Positions 47,001 through 56,386 of a stretch of DNA of 64,000 bases are shown here, piece by piece. Numbering within the stretch: position 1 is the first letter of the stretch; each line of letters begins with the position of its first letter. Origin of the DNA: Ascoidea asiatica JCM 7603 (taxonomy: Eukaryota; Fungi; Ascomycota); NCBI GenBank assembly GCA_001600695.1, contig BCKQ01000001.1, positions 911,114-975,113 of the forward strand, given 5' to 3'. The position numbers and the translations under genes are program-made. The notes beneath the pieces are model-generated. The model searched no databases. It was not told the DNA's origin and worked only from the letters and a program-made list of their open reading frames with translations.

Positions 47001-50000
47001 ATAATCAAATCTTTAGGTGAAAATGCAAAAAATGTGGATAATGGTTACTTTTATTATTTTGCTTCGGCTGTAAATTGTACATTGAATGTTTTAAAAAATA
47101 AATCTCATGAAGCATTGCTAGGTTCTTTAGGTTGTGAAGCCTTTTTAACATTAACCAATATAATCAATCCTAGATTATCTTCCATTAGATTTTTTGTTGG
47201 TGTTGCAATTTTAAGAATTAATGAAATTAAATCGTTAAAAAAAGAATATGTTGAAGAATCTCTGATGGAATTAATCTCAAGAGTACTTTTTAGAATTAAA
47301 TTCCTTTCCGATCAAATACCATTGGATTCTTTTTCCTTAATTTATATTTTACCTTTGTTAACAAAAGTTTTACAAAATGGTATGATTGTTGCAATCAAAA
47401 ATTCGAATAAGCACGACAATAGTAGAAAAAATACCGAATTTGTTCAAGAAGATAAGGAAGAAGAACATTTAATGTTAGCAATTGAAATTATTTCTAATCA
47501 CAGTGAACAATTTGATGACGAAACTATCCCAAAAAGTGAAATTTTTGAAGTTTTACTTTCTTTAATGTGTTTACCTTCTAAGGCTAAAATTGCTAAGGAA
47601 TGCTTCAATTCATTATGTCAAAATGTTTATGATAATTTAACTAAGGAAGAATTGAATATAATTTTAAAATCATTATTGAGTCCTGAAACATTTGTTCGTA
47701 ATACTGTATTAGAAGCTATTGATTCAGATTTTGAATTATCAGATGAAATGACTTATTCCAATGAAATCTGGATTTCTGCTTTTGATAACAACGAAGAAAA
47801 TTCTCATTTAGCATTATCCATTTGGAATGAAAACGATTTCGAGTTAGACGAGACAGTTCCAAAACAACTTTTCTCATATCTCGGAGTTGAAGATGGAGGT
47901 ATTCGTTTATCAGTCGCTAAAGCTTTACAAGCTGCAGTTGATAAGCTATCCAAAAACAATAAAGATATATTTTCATCTGTTTTGAATTCGCTTATTGATT
48001 TATATAATGAAAAGATTAAACCTCCTCCACCAATTTTAGATGAGTTTGGTCTAGTTATAAAATCTTCAACCGAACAAAAAGATATGTGGGAAGTTCGAAG
48101 TGGTATTGCATTAACCTTGAAACTTATGGTAGGCTTGTTTGAAGACAAAAATGATGTTATTGTTCTTTTTAATTTCCTTGTTCGTGAAAAAGCTTTAGAC
48201 GATCCAGAGCCAATTGTTCTCCAGGAGATGCAAGAAGCTGGAATAGCAGTTATCGAGTTGCATGGTCAAAATAACGTTCAAGAATTGATTCCTATTTTTG
48301 AAGAATGCCTCTCATCAAAGGATAAAGGTAAAATCTCAGACAGTATCAAAGAAAGTACCATTATTCTCTATGGTGCATTGGCAAGGCATTTAAGTAGTAA
48401 GGATTCCAAATTACTTAAAATTGTTGATAAATTAATCAAAACTTTAAATACTCCTTCTATTGAAGTACAGAAAGCAATATCTAACTGTTTAGCACCTTTA
48501 GTTAACAAATTTGAGCCCAAACTTCCTGATTATTTTGACAGTTTATTTGAAGTATTATTTGAAGGTAAAACTGCTTTCCAAAGACGAGGTGCTGCATATG
48601 GTATTTCTGGATTAGTTAAAGGTTCTGGTATAAAATCATTATCAGACTATGACGTTATTAGAAATCTTATGGATGCTGCAGAAGACAAAAAAAATCCTAT
48701 CAAAAGAGAAGGTGTTTCCATGGCAGTTGCATGTCTATCTGATTCCTTAGGAAAGTTTTTTGAACCTTACGCAATTGAAATATTACCAATAATTTTGAAA
48801 AATTTGGGTGATACTTCTCCAGATGTTCGTAAATCAACAGATTTAACTGCCAGAACAATTATGCAAAATACTACAGGGTTTGGTGTGGAAAAATTAATTC
48901 CTTTGGCAATCGAAAACCTTGATGAGATTCAATGGAGATCAAAAAAAGCATCTGTTGAATTACTTGGCTCTATGGCATATTTAGATCCTACCCAATTATC
49001 ATCTTCCTTATCCACTATTGTTCCAGAAATCGTCAGTGTTTTGAATGATACTCATAAAGAAGTTAGAAAAGCTGCAGATCAATCTTTGAAACGTTTTGGT
49101 GAAGTTATTAGAAATCCTGAAATTCAAAAGTTGGTTCCAATTTTGATTAAAGCAATCGGAGATCCAACTAAATATACTGAAGAATGTTTGGATGCATTAA
49201 TAAAGACTAGATTTGTTCATTATATCGATGGTCCTTCACTAGCCTTAATTATTCACGTTATTCATAGAGGTATGTTGGATAGATCCGCTGCAACAAAGCG
49301 TAAAGCTTGTCAAATTGTTGGAAATATGTCAATTTTAGTTGACAGTAGCGATCTTACACCTTATACTCCAGCTTTAGTAAGTGAGTTAGAAATAGCAATG
49401 GTTGATCCAGTATCGGCTACAAGAGCTACTGCTGCTAGAGCCTTAGGTTCTTTGGTTGAAAAATTAGGTGAAGAAAAATTCCCAAGTCTTATCAGCAAGT
49501 TATTTGCTACCTTTGAGGACGAAGAAAAACCTGGTGATCGTCTTGGTGCTGCTCAAGCTCTTGCAGAAGTTATTTCTGGTCTTGGTGTACGTAAACTTGA
49601 TGAGCTTCTACCCACAATTCTTTCAGGTACAACAAACCCTAGAGCTTATATTCGTGAGGGTTACATGCCTTTATTAATTTTCCTTCCAGCATGTTTTGGT
49701 AGTCAATTTTCTGCTTATATATCAAAAATTATTCCTCCTATTCTTGCTGGATTAGCTGATTTGGATCCAAGTGTTAGTGAAACATCTATGAGAGCAGGTA
49801 AATTGCTTGTTAAAAATTATGCCAACAAGGCAATTGATTTATTACTACCTGAATTAGAAAGAGGTCTCTCTGATCGTAACCATAGAATACGTCTTAGTTC
49901 CATTCAACTTATTGGTGAATTGTTGTATCAAGTTACAGGTCTTAACCGTAATGCTGAGACTGCAGAGGAAGTTGAATATTCAGGAGTTGGTAAAAGACTT

Positions 50001-52604
50001 GTTGAAGTTCTTGGACAAGAGCGTCGTAATAATCTTTTATCTTCATTATTTTTCTGTCGTTTTGATGTTGATGGTGTTGTTCGTAACTCCACCCTTGATA
50101 TATGGAAGGCCCTTGTTTATAACACACCTCGTACTCTTAAAGAAATTTTACCTAATATAACTTCATTAACTATTCGTCGTTTAGCAAGTGATATTGGTGA
50201 TCTTAGAGCTACTGCTGCTAGAACACTTAGTGATCTTACTCGCCGTGTCGGAAGCTCTATTTTATCAGAATTATTACCTATATATGATAATTCTTCAACT
50301 GGTGGAGATTCAGATGCTAAACAAGGTATATGTATTGCGCTTCGTGAGCTTATTCAATCCAGTGAACCTGAAACAATTGAAAATTATCAAGAAACATTCA
50401 CTAATATTATTCGTGACTGTTTGGTTGATAATGATGAAGAGGTTAGAGAATCTGCTGCTTTGGCGTTCGAGTCCCTTCAAGATGCTATTGGAAAATCTGC
50501 AATTGATGGAATCATTCCACATTTATTACACTTGTTATCATCTAATGACCATTCTGAAAATGCTCTTTCTGCTCTACAAGAGATCATGGCTACTAAGTCT
50601 GATGTTATTTTCCCAATATTGATACCTTCTTTGCTATCACCACCTATGGATAGTTTCAAAGCAAGTGCTCTCGGATCCTTGGCTGAAGTTGCTGGTGGTG
50701 CTCTTTACCGAAGACTTTCCAATATTATTAATGTTTTTGTGGATACTATAATTGCTAATAAGGATAATACTAAAGAAGTAAATCAAATTGAAGAATCATT
50801 TGACAAGATTATCCTCAGTATAGAAGATGAAGAAGGGTTACATCCTTTACTTCAACAATTGTTAAGTTTGATCAAACATGAAAACTGTGATAAGAGGGCT
50901 GTAATTTATAAACATTTAAGTATCTTTTTTGAGGAAACTTCATTGGATTACACAATTTATATTCAAGATTTAGTTACAAATGCTATTTCTTCTTTGGATG
51001 ATAAAAATGAAGAAGTTGTTAAAAATGCTTGTAAGATGTTAACTACTTTGATAACTAAACAAGATAAGGAATCTTTAGAAAAATTAGTAAAACCTGCACA
51101 AGAAGCATTAGCAATGACTGGAAAGGCCGGAGATGATTTAGCTGGATTCATGTTACCTAGAGGAGCTAATTCTGTTTTACCTATATTTATTCGTGGTTTA
51201 ATGTATGGTACATCTGATCAAAGAGAGGTGTCAGCTATTGGTATAGCTGATATTGTGTCTAGAACCCCTGCTAAAGAATTAAGACCATTTGTTACTGTTA
51301 TTACTGGTCCTTTGATTCGTGTAATTGGTGATAGATTTTCAGGAGATGTTAAAGCAGCTATTCTTTATGCTTTGAATATTTTGTTTGCTAAAGTACCTCA
51401 ATTTTTGAGACCTTTTATTCCACAACTACAGAGAACATTTGTAAAATCTTTAACTGATCCTACTAATGAAAAATTACGTACCAGAGCTGCTAAAGCTTTA
51501 GGAACATTAATTGAATATCAACCTAGAATTGACCCACTAGTTACTGAACTAGTAAATTCTGCTAAAGCAACAAATGAAACTGGAATCAAAACTGCTATTT
51601 TGAAAGCTTTATTAGAAGTTGTTAATAGAGCAGGTAATAAAATGAGTGAGGTATCTAAAAAAAATATAATGGACTTAATTGAAGATGAATTTACAAATGT
51701 GAATGATGAACTAGTAATTTCATATGCAAAATTAATTGGATCATTATCCAGAATTCTAAATAAAGAAGAGTCTCTTAATATTATTACAAATAAAATATTA
51801 GAAGCTAAAGTTGAAGGTGATTCAGGAAATTTTGCTATATTGACTTTAAATTCATTTTTGAAAGATATGCCATCACATATATTTGAGAATGAGTTAGTTG
51901 AAGAAATAAGTGAATTTATCATTAAAGCTTTAGATAGTTCTGAAGTAAATATAAGTGACAATGCAGTAATAGCTGCTGGAAAATTACTTTTATTGAACAA
52001 CCAGAAATCTGCACCTGATAGATATTTGATTTCAAGTAGTAAAATGAATATTGCTGTTCCAGAAAACGCATTTGTTGTTCCTGAAGAAGTTTCTAATGCT
52101 ATTTTGAAAAAAGTATGCATTTGTATTGCCAATCCAAAAAGTAACTCTTCTGATACAAGACGATTATCATTGGTAGTAATAAGGACATTGGCAAGATTTC
52201 AACTTGAAGAAATGATTAAAAATAATATAGATATTATTGCATTGAGTGTTTTTTCCTGTATCAGAGATTTGATAATTCCAATTAAATTGGCAGCCGAAAA
52301 AGCATTTTTAGCATGCTTTGATTTAGTAAATGATATAAAACTCGAGTATTTCAATAGTTGGTTTGCAGAAATTAAGAAAACGGCTGAAAATGGAGCTTTA
52401 AAATCAATCAATGGTGATGTAATTCAAGTTAGGTCAATTGGTGACTATACAACAAGAGTTGCAGCTAGATTAGCAAAAGTTGAAAGAGAAAAAATTGCTG
52501 CTGGTGGGGATGCAGAAGCTATGTTTAGTGACAGATTTGAAGATGAAAATGAAATATGGGCAGTTGGTGGAACTGAATTGCTGAATGATGATAATCTTTT
52601 GTAA
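44046..52604 (+). CDS. GCN1: Translational activator Gcn1 (HEAT repeats), 2852 aa
   Basis: GWVGICQRSKMDPG, RVLFRIKFLSDQ, RRGAAYGISGLVKG, GSMAYLDPTQLS, FVHYIDGPSLALI, ITGPLIRVIG, FSDRFEDENEIWAVGG. Confidence 0.98.
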   Translation: MDEKKQIINENNNENNNENNEISNDNELNLNWSDISNELLTKNLFNSSISLKISTLKNLIILINDHNKEIQNNNKNDNIEEIDKKIKIVIKILLINYNKFDSSLIINNLLFNNLLPLIYKINLNFKKIIITYLYDYIKNSNLKSISINDLLSLFNLINNNLLPLINKNDLLINSNLIEKLLLSNFNLINYIIHSNFNSLNFINLNNPFKFNPNLIPINLNSISSHKKRINNSIIANSIKELNNLLISIGTDFIDFYLSIFLENNLNTSTKLLSLTILLNSSNQIYPESPIILNYLKNSKNSKFINSIIQFYNNEILLSKFNLLSFFYIKFNQIFFTVYFNDFNQFNLKILPTLIKASLRSPELIYGHLSQNIFEIFCNINANINIKQDFNKDIESNYSKLISNLLSNFKNSNDFIRSGSKFTLLNILNYDLSKKNYNFIISNLNTLFNSLKLISNSDFKIIYYDLLFNLDLSNDNIDISNLIISKLSIIIIKDQNELSLNSSLLCFFKNFLVLFDNNNNNDKKDIENFSNYEKIIKNGLNDKKLNLRKIWFSSFIKTLLNYNFNLLSAENLNFDKFLLNILPILISNFNEFIKNPFQFQTSKGISIFYSILSLSSNLLKFSKNLEIKNILIKENFFQKSFNSIKSSTTNIITSPILFNSKIYTKLIDQDEINWFSTALFYSLDQFNTNNYDDPLTLSNYGISWLYLFLSKNIDFNLRNFSNNLIKKAHCSNDLKIQSLISNCITNGFLEVFKNSNDYLSNDSKFNFNLKLVSSVVNNITENNDKIIDQKILNQTLKDLLIISHFDTISIKNGWVGICQRSKMDPGNLIREDSKNIISNCTNLLLQTSNDSLLYKAIIDSISMAAFVCPEEVGTLINELIIEDVSTNRLESLSDTNIEIWKAKEGELIIDPLIKKSKYGENKNTKDYELKKWEESVRKEAAKKNNTQKSKKLSKEEQIIVNEELQKEKKIREKIDDNFKHLNRGFEIIKSLGENAKNVDNGYFYYFASAVNCTLNVLKNKSHEALLGSLGCEAFLTLTNIINPRLSSIRFFVGVAILRINEIKSLKKEYVEESLMELISRVLFRIKFLSDQIPLDSFSLIYILPLLTKVLQNGMIVAIKNSNKHDNSRKNTEFVQEDKEEEHLMLAIEIISNHSEQFDDETIPKSEIFEVLLSLMCLPSKAKIAKECFNSLCQNVYDNLTKEELNIILKSLLSPETFVRNTVLEAIDSDFELSDEMTYSNEIWISAFDNNEENSHLALSIWNENDFELDETVPKQLFSYLGVEDGGIRLSVAKALQAAVDKLSKNNKDIFSSVLNSLIDLYNEKIKPPPPILDEFGLVIKSSTEQKDMWEVRSGIALTLKLMVGLFEDKNDVIVLFNFLVREKALDDPEPIVLQEMQEAGIAVIELHGQNNVQELIPIFEECLSSKDKGKISDSIKESTIILYGALARHLSSKDSKLLKIVDKLIKTLNTPSIEVQKAISNCLAPLVNKFEPKLPDYFDSLFEVLFEGKTAFQRRGAAYGISGLVKGSGIKSLSDYDVIRNLMDAAEDKKNPIKREGVSMAVACLSDSLGKFFEPYAIEILPIILKNLGDTSPDVRKSTDLTARTIMQNTTGFGVEKLIPLAIENLDEIQWRSKKASVELLGSMAYLDPTQLSSSLSTIVPEIVSVLNDTHKEVRKAADQSLKRFGEVIRNPEIQKLVPILIKAIGDPTKYTEECLDALIKTRFVHYIDGPSLALIIHVIHRGMLDRSAATKRKACQIVGNMSILVDSSDLTPYTPALVSELEIAMVDPVSATRATAARALGSLVEKLGEEKFPSLISKLFATFEDEEKPGDRLGAAQALAEVISGLGVRKLDELLPTILSGTTNPRAYIREGYMPLLIFLPACFGSQFSAYISKIIPPILAGLADLDPSVSETSMRAGKLLVKNYANKAIDLLLPELERGLSDRNHRIRLSSIQLIGELLYQVTGLNRNAETAEEVEYSGVGKRLVEVLGQERRNNLLSSLFFCRFDVDGVVRNSTLDIWKALVYNTPRTLKEILPNITSLTIRRLASDIGDLRATAARTLSDLTRRVGSSILSELLPIYDNSSTGGDSDAKQGICIALRELIQSSEPETIENYQETFTNIIRDCLVDNDEEVRESAALAFESLQDAIGKSAIDGIIPHLLHLLSSNDHSENALSALQEIMATKSDVIFPILIPSLLSPPMDSFKASALGSLAEVAGGALYRRLSNIINVFVDTIIANKDNTKEVNQIEESFDKIILSIEDEEGLHPLLQQLLSLIKHENCDKRAVIYKHLSIFFEETSLDYTIYIQDLVTNAISSLDDKNEEVVKNACKMLTTLITKQDKESLEKLVKPAQEALAMTGKAGDDLAGFMLPRGANSVLPIFIRGLMYGTSDQREVSAIGIADIVSRTPAKELRPFVTVITGPLIRVIGDRFSGDVKAAILYALNILFAKVPQFLRPFIPQLQRTFVKSLTDPTNEKLRTRAAKALGTLIEYQPRIDPLVTELVNSAKATNETGIKTAILKALLEVVNRAGNKMSEVSKKNIMDLIEDEFTNVNDELVISYAKLIGSLSRILNKEESLNIITNKILEAKVEGDSGNFAILTLNSFLKDMPSHIFENELVEEISEFIIKALDSSEVNISDNAVIAAGKLLLLNNQKSAPDRYLISSSKMNIAVPENAFVVPEEVSNAILKKVCICIANPKSNSSDTRRLSLVVIRTLARFQLEEMIKNNIDIIALSVFSCIRDLIIPIKLAAEKAFLACFDLVNDIKLEYFNSWFAEIKKTAENGALKSINGDVIQVRSIGDYTTRVAARLAKVEREKIAAGGDAEAMFSDRFEDENEIWAVGGTELLNDDNLL

Positions 52605-52902
52605 GTTCTTTGTCTTTAATATATTTAAAAATAATATACATATATAACTTTGTCTATATAACCGATTTGTTAAAAATTTTAATGATAATGAATTTTTTAT
52701 TTGTGAATTTGAAACAGAGTCCTTTTAGAAAATCCCATTGAAGCTGGGAGTATTTGTGCTTTTGATGATAATCATAATAATGAGTAAAAATTTATGTTGA
52801 ACCAAATAATTATGAAAAGTAATATCAAATAAAAAAAATATGTAAGTATTTACAAAATGTATCATTAATGACTGGTCTTTCATCTCCTTAAATATTCGTT
52901 AT

Positions 52903-55698
52903 TCAACTATAGAAATTACAACCAAACTTCCAGTTTAAAAATTCTGATTTTAAGCATGCTTCTTTATTCCAAGGCAATCCATAAAGAACCTCTTTGAAAT
53001 TCCAATAACCAACAAAACTAGCTAAAGCTAATCCAAAAAATAAAGCGTCCATTTTTTTTGTATTTTTCATAATTTTAATATATTTACTTTCATTATATAG
53101 TATTTTATACTTTAATGCCTTGATTGAAATTTTATTATAATAATTTTGAATTAATATACCTAAAAGAATTAAATTGAAAACATAAGCAGAGAAGTAATTT
53201 TCAATACCAAAATTAGGATTTTTGAAAAAATTTAATTTTAAATTTGATTCATTTTCATTAAGAAAATTGTATAGAATATTAAATGGTAAAAAATGAAATA
53301 AATAACCAAAAAAGATTTTAAAAAATAAATCCTCAAAAATTTCTAGGCTTAAATTATCAGGTTTATTGAATTTTGAAATTAATTCTTTCATATGAATCTT
53401 TGAGTTTGAACTTGAGATTGAGGTTGAACTTGAACTTGAACTTGAGTGAGCATAATCATCTAAGTTAATTCCATTAAAATCCAAAAAATAAGATTTGAAA
53501 TTATAAAAAAATTTAAATATTTTAACTATAAGATACATAAAACTAACAATTAAAGTAGCCAAACATATTAATGAATTAAAAGGATTATTTATTAATAAAA
53601 ATTTTGAATAATTTTCATTATTAATGTTACTGTTATTAACTTTATTTGATAAAACTACATTATTATTAAATATTTTTGAATGAAAATTTATAAAAGGCCA
53701 TAATTTTGGTTTAAGGAATGAACTTGATTTAAAATTGGTTTGATCAATTTGATTATTAAAATTAAATAATAAAATTTTATAATTATATTCCAAAATTTTA
53801 TTAAAAGAAGAATAATTTTTATAAACTAATTTTTTTTTAAAATCTTCATTTCTTCTTTTATTATTTTTCTTTTTAATAATGGAAGGATAATGATTTTCTT
53901 CAATTTGAAATAAAGTAAAATCTTCATTTGGACCTTTAACACATAATAATTCTTTTTGAAAATTTGAATTTTTTGGTAGATAATAAAATGGATTTGATAA
54001 TAAATAACAATCCAAAGCAGAATTATATAATTGAAATATTGAAATGACTGATTTTAAATTTGAATTTTGAATATCAAATTTAGATAAATTATCAATTTTA
54101 TTATAATTATTTAAATAATTATTTTTAATTTTTACAATCCAATCATCAAATTTATTACCATTATAAGAATTAGTATTATTATTATCCGAACCTATACCAA
54201 ATACTTTAAAATGATAATCTTGTTTTTTAATATAGGATCTTTGATTTGTAGCATGTAAATATTTATAAGTATTTAAATGTCTTAATCTAATGATTGAATT
54301 TTCACGAATTGGATTAACTTGATTATATAATTCTTTATCATATAATTTTAAATTTTTTTCAATAATCCAATTATTATTTATATCATTATTATAATTATAT
54401 AAATTAACTTGTTGTTGATGAGAATAATCTGAATTTTGAAATTTATAAGTTTGATTAATATTTGAATATAAGTAATTTTCATTTAAATTTAAATTTTTAT
54501 TAAAAATTAAATAACTTGGTAAATATTGTTTTATAGTTATATTTGAACCATAAAATGTATAAAGATTATTATCATTATAAATATTTGAACTATTTAATGA
54601 ATTTTGAATTAAATTTGAATTATAAAAAGAGGTGAAAAAAGAAGAATTTAAATCATTGGAATTAAAATAAATTGATTTATAATTAATATAATAATAAAAA
54701 ATTGAATAAGAAAATAAAACTGGTAAGATTATTAAGATTAGTAAATTTTTGAAAATTGATAGTTTAAAATTTGGTGATAAATTAAAGTTTGAAATATTAG
54801 TATCAATATAATTTGAGAAAATATTATAACTTATAATTATAATAAAGAATAACCAAGATAAAATGGATTGAAATTTATTTGAAGATAATAATAATGATAA
54901 TGATAATGATAAAGATAAATTAGAAAATAAATTGAATTTATAATTAAAATTATAGTTATAATTTAAAATTTTATAAAGAGATAATATGAAAAAAAAATTA
55001 TAAATTGAATTTAAATTTAAATGAATTGAATTTAAAGATATGAATAAATTATCAAAAACTAAGAATAAAGATATTATGAAAGATAAATTTGAATTAATTT
55101 TCAAAGTACGTAAAGATTTAAAAAATAAAAGTATAGTAATTGAATTGAATAATAAATTAATGAATAATTTTGAATCTAAAATATTTAAAGATAAATTATT
55201 ATCATTAATTGAATTTATAGAATCAATGGAATCATAATTTGATAAGATTGATATGAATTTTGCGATATAGTATAAAAATAGATTTAATATTGGATTTAAA
55301 TTGAAATTGAAATTATTTTTTTCTAAGTTAGTGAAATTGTTCAATATTGATACTTCATTTCTAGATAAGTTTAAAAAATTTGAAGAATTAAGAAAGAATA
55401 AGAATTGAAATAAAGGTATTAAAAACAATATTATTATATAATATTTATCAATCTTACTTATTTTTGAATTTTGAATTGAGACAGTAGAAAGCTTTTCTTG
55501 ATTGTTATTCTTTTTCAATGAACTTATACCTTTGGGATCCTTTTTGATATTATCATCACTATTTGTAGATTCAAATTGCAGACTAATTGAGTCATAATTA
55601 GGTGATTGTAGTGCAAACGAAGTTCTGATTGAATTGAAGAAAGGTATGTACCTTCCTAGGATGTACTGATTTGTGGGAAGAGAACTGGATGAACTCAT
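52903..55698 (-). CDS. Highly diverged protein O-mannosyltransferase (GT39) homologue lacking the catalytic DE motif; Pmt7-like
   Basis: Multi-TM N-terminal domain, MIR domains (YGSNITIK, QQQVNLY...NNNWIIE, IRLRHLNTYKYLH, FQLYNSALDCYL), C-terminal YGLPW..C..W.FGC. Loop 1 reads RNEV...NLNPIL in place of FDEVHF...DVHPP. Confidence 0.8.
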   Translation of the reverse strand: MSSSSSLPTNQYILGRYIPFFNSIRTSFALQSPNYDSISLQFESTNSDDNIKKDPKGISSLKKNNNQEKLSTVSIQNSKISKIDKYYIIILFLIPLFQFLFFLNSSNFLNLSRNEVSILNNFTNLEKNNFNFNLNPILNLFLYYIAKFISILSNYDSIDSINSINDNNLSLNILDSKLFINLLFNSITILLFFKSLRTLKINSNLSFIISLFLVFDNLFISLNSIHLNLNSIYNFFFILSLYKILNYNYNFNYKFNLFSNLSLSLSLSLLLSSNKFQSILSWLFFIIIISYNIFSNYIDTNISNFNLSPNFKLSIFKNLLILIILPVLFSYSIFYYYINYKSIYFNSNDLNSSFFTSFYNSNLIQNSLNSSNIYNDNNLYTFYGSNITIKQYLPSYLIFNKNLNLNENYLYSNINQTYKFQNSDYSHQQQVNLYNYNNDINNNWIIEKNLKLYDKELYNQVNPIRENSIIRLRHLNTYKYLHATNQRSYIKKQDYHFKVFGIGSDNNNTNSYNGNKFDDWIVKIKNNYLNNYNKIDNLSKFDIQNSNLKSVISIFQLYNSALDCYLLSNPFYYLPKNSNFQKELLCVKGPNEDFTLFQIEENHYPSIIKKKNNKRRNEDFKKKLVYKNYSSFNKILEYNYKILLFNFNNQIDQTNFKSSSFLKPKLWPFINFHSKIFNNNVVLSNKVNNSNINNENYSKFLLINNPFNSLICLATLIVSFMYLIVKIFKFFYNFKSYFLDFNGINLDDYAHSSSSSSSTSISSSNSKIHMKELISKFNKPDNLSLEIFEDLFFKIFFGYLFHFLPFNILYNFLNENESNLKLNFFKNPNFGIENYFSAYVFNLILLGILIQNYYNKISIKALKYKILYNESKYIKIMKNTKKMDALFFGLALASFVGYWNFKEVLYGLPWNKEACLKSEFLNWKFGCNFYS

Positions 55699-55942
55699 TG
55701 ATTGGGGACTTCAGACTAAAGAACTGAAGTGATAGTATGATTTAATAGAAACTGTTCTTGATTGCATTGACCTATATCACATCTATGTGATCAGACTCTT
55801 AGCTGAATTTAAATGAATTGAGATGAATTGAGATGAATAAAAGTGGTTTCTTTCTTCTTTCTTTCTTCTTTCTTTATTTCTGTTGTTGTTGAAGCGAGGG
55901 CAAAAAAAGAAAACCCTGTGATTACGTAAGCGAGTAGGAGCG

Positions 55943-55958
55943 CCGTGGTTGTGGTCTC
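55943..55958 (+). promoter_or_regulatory. CCG-N6-TGGTCTC element in the PMT-like promoter, next to a TTACGTAA bZIP-type palindrome
   Basis: CCG-tggttg-TGGTCTC; TTACGTAA at 55922-55929. Confidence 0.4.
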
Positions 55959-56386
55959 GGAAGTAAATATAATAAAATAATGAAATAAAGATGAAATAAA
56001 TGTTCAATTGAAACGAAGTATGAAAAGAAGTATGAAAAGACTGATGAATAGAGACATGATAAATAGAAACGAGAGTTATAACTGAAAAGAAAAATTTATG
56101 TGTGCATGTAGAACTACTTGTAAAAACTTAAAAGAGTGAACCAAAACCAAACCTGAAAAAAAAAAACATAGAAAAAAGACTCCATAAATAATGTTAATGT
56201 GAAATGATCATTGAAATAAAAAGATTAATTGAGATAAACTTAAAAACATAAAAACAGATGATGGAAAGTACAAAAAAGAAAAAAAAAAAAACAAGAGAAA
56301 AACAAAAAAACGTCATTAATGAATGAAAAGTACATAAAATACTCACCTAAATAATATTCTTGAACAATCAAGCTTTTTGAAGTATA

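Noticed and set aside
46577-52411. Antisense and alternate-frame ORFs inside GCN1 (up to 204 aa)
   Set aside because: Expected shadows of a long coding frame; no independent features.
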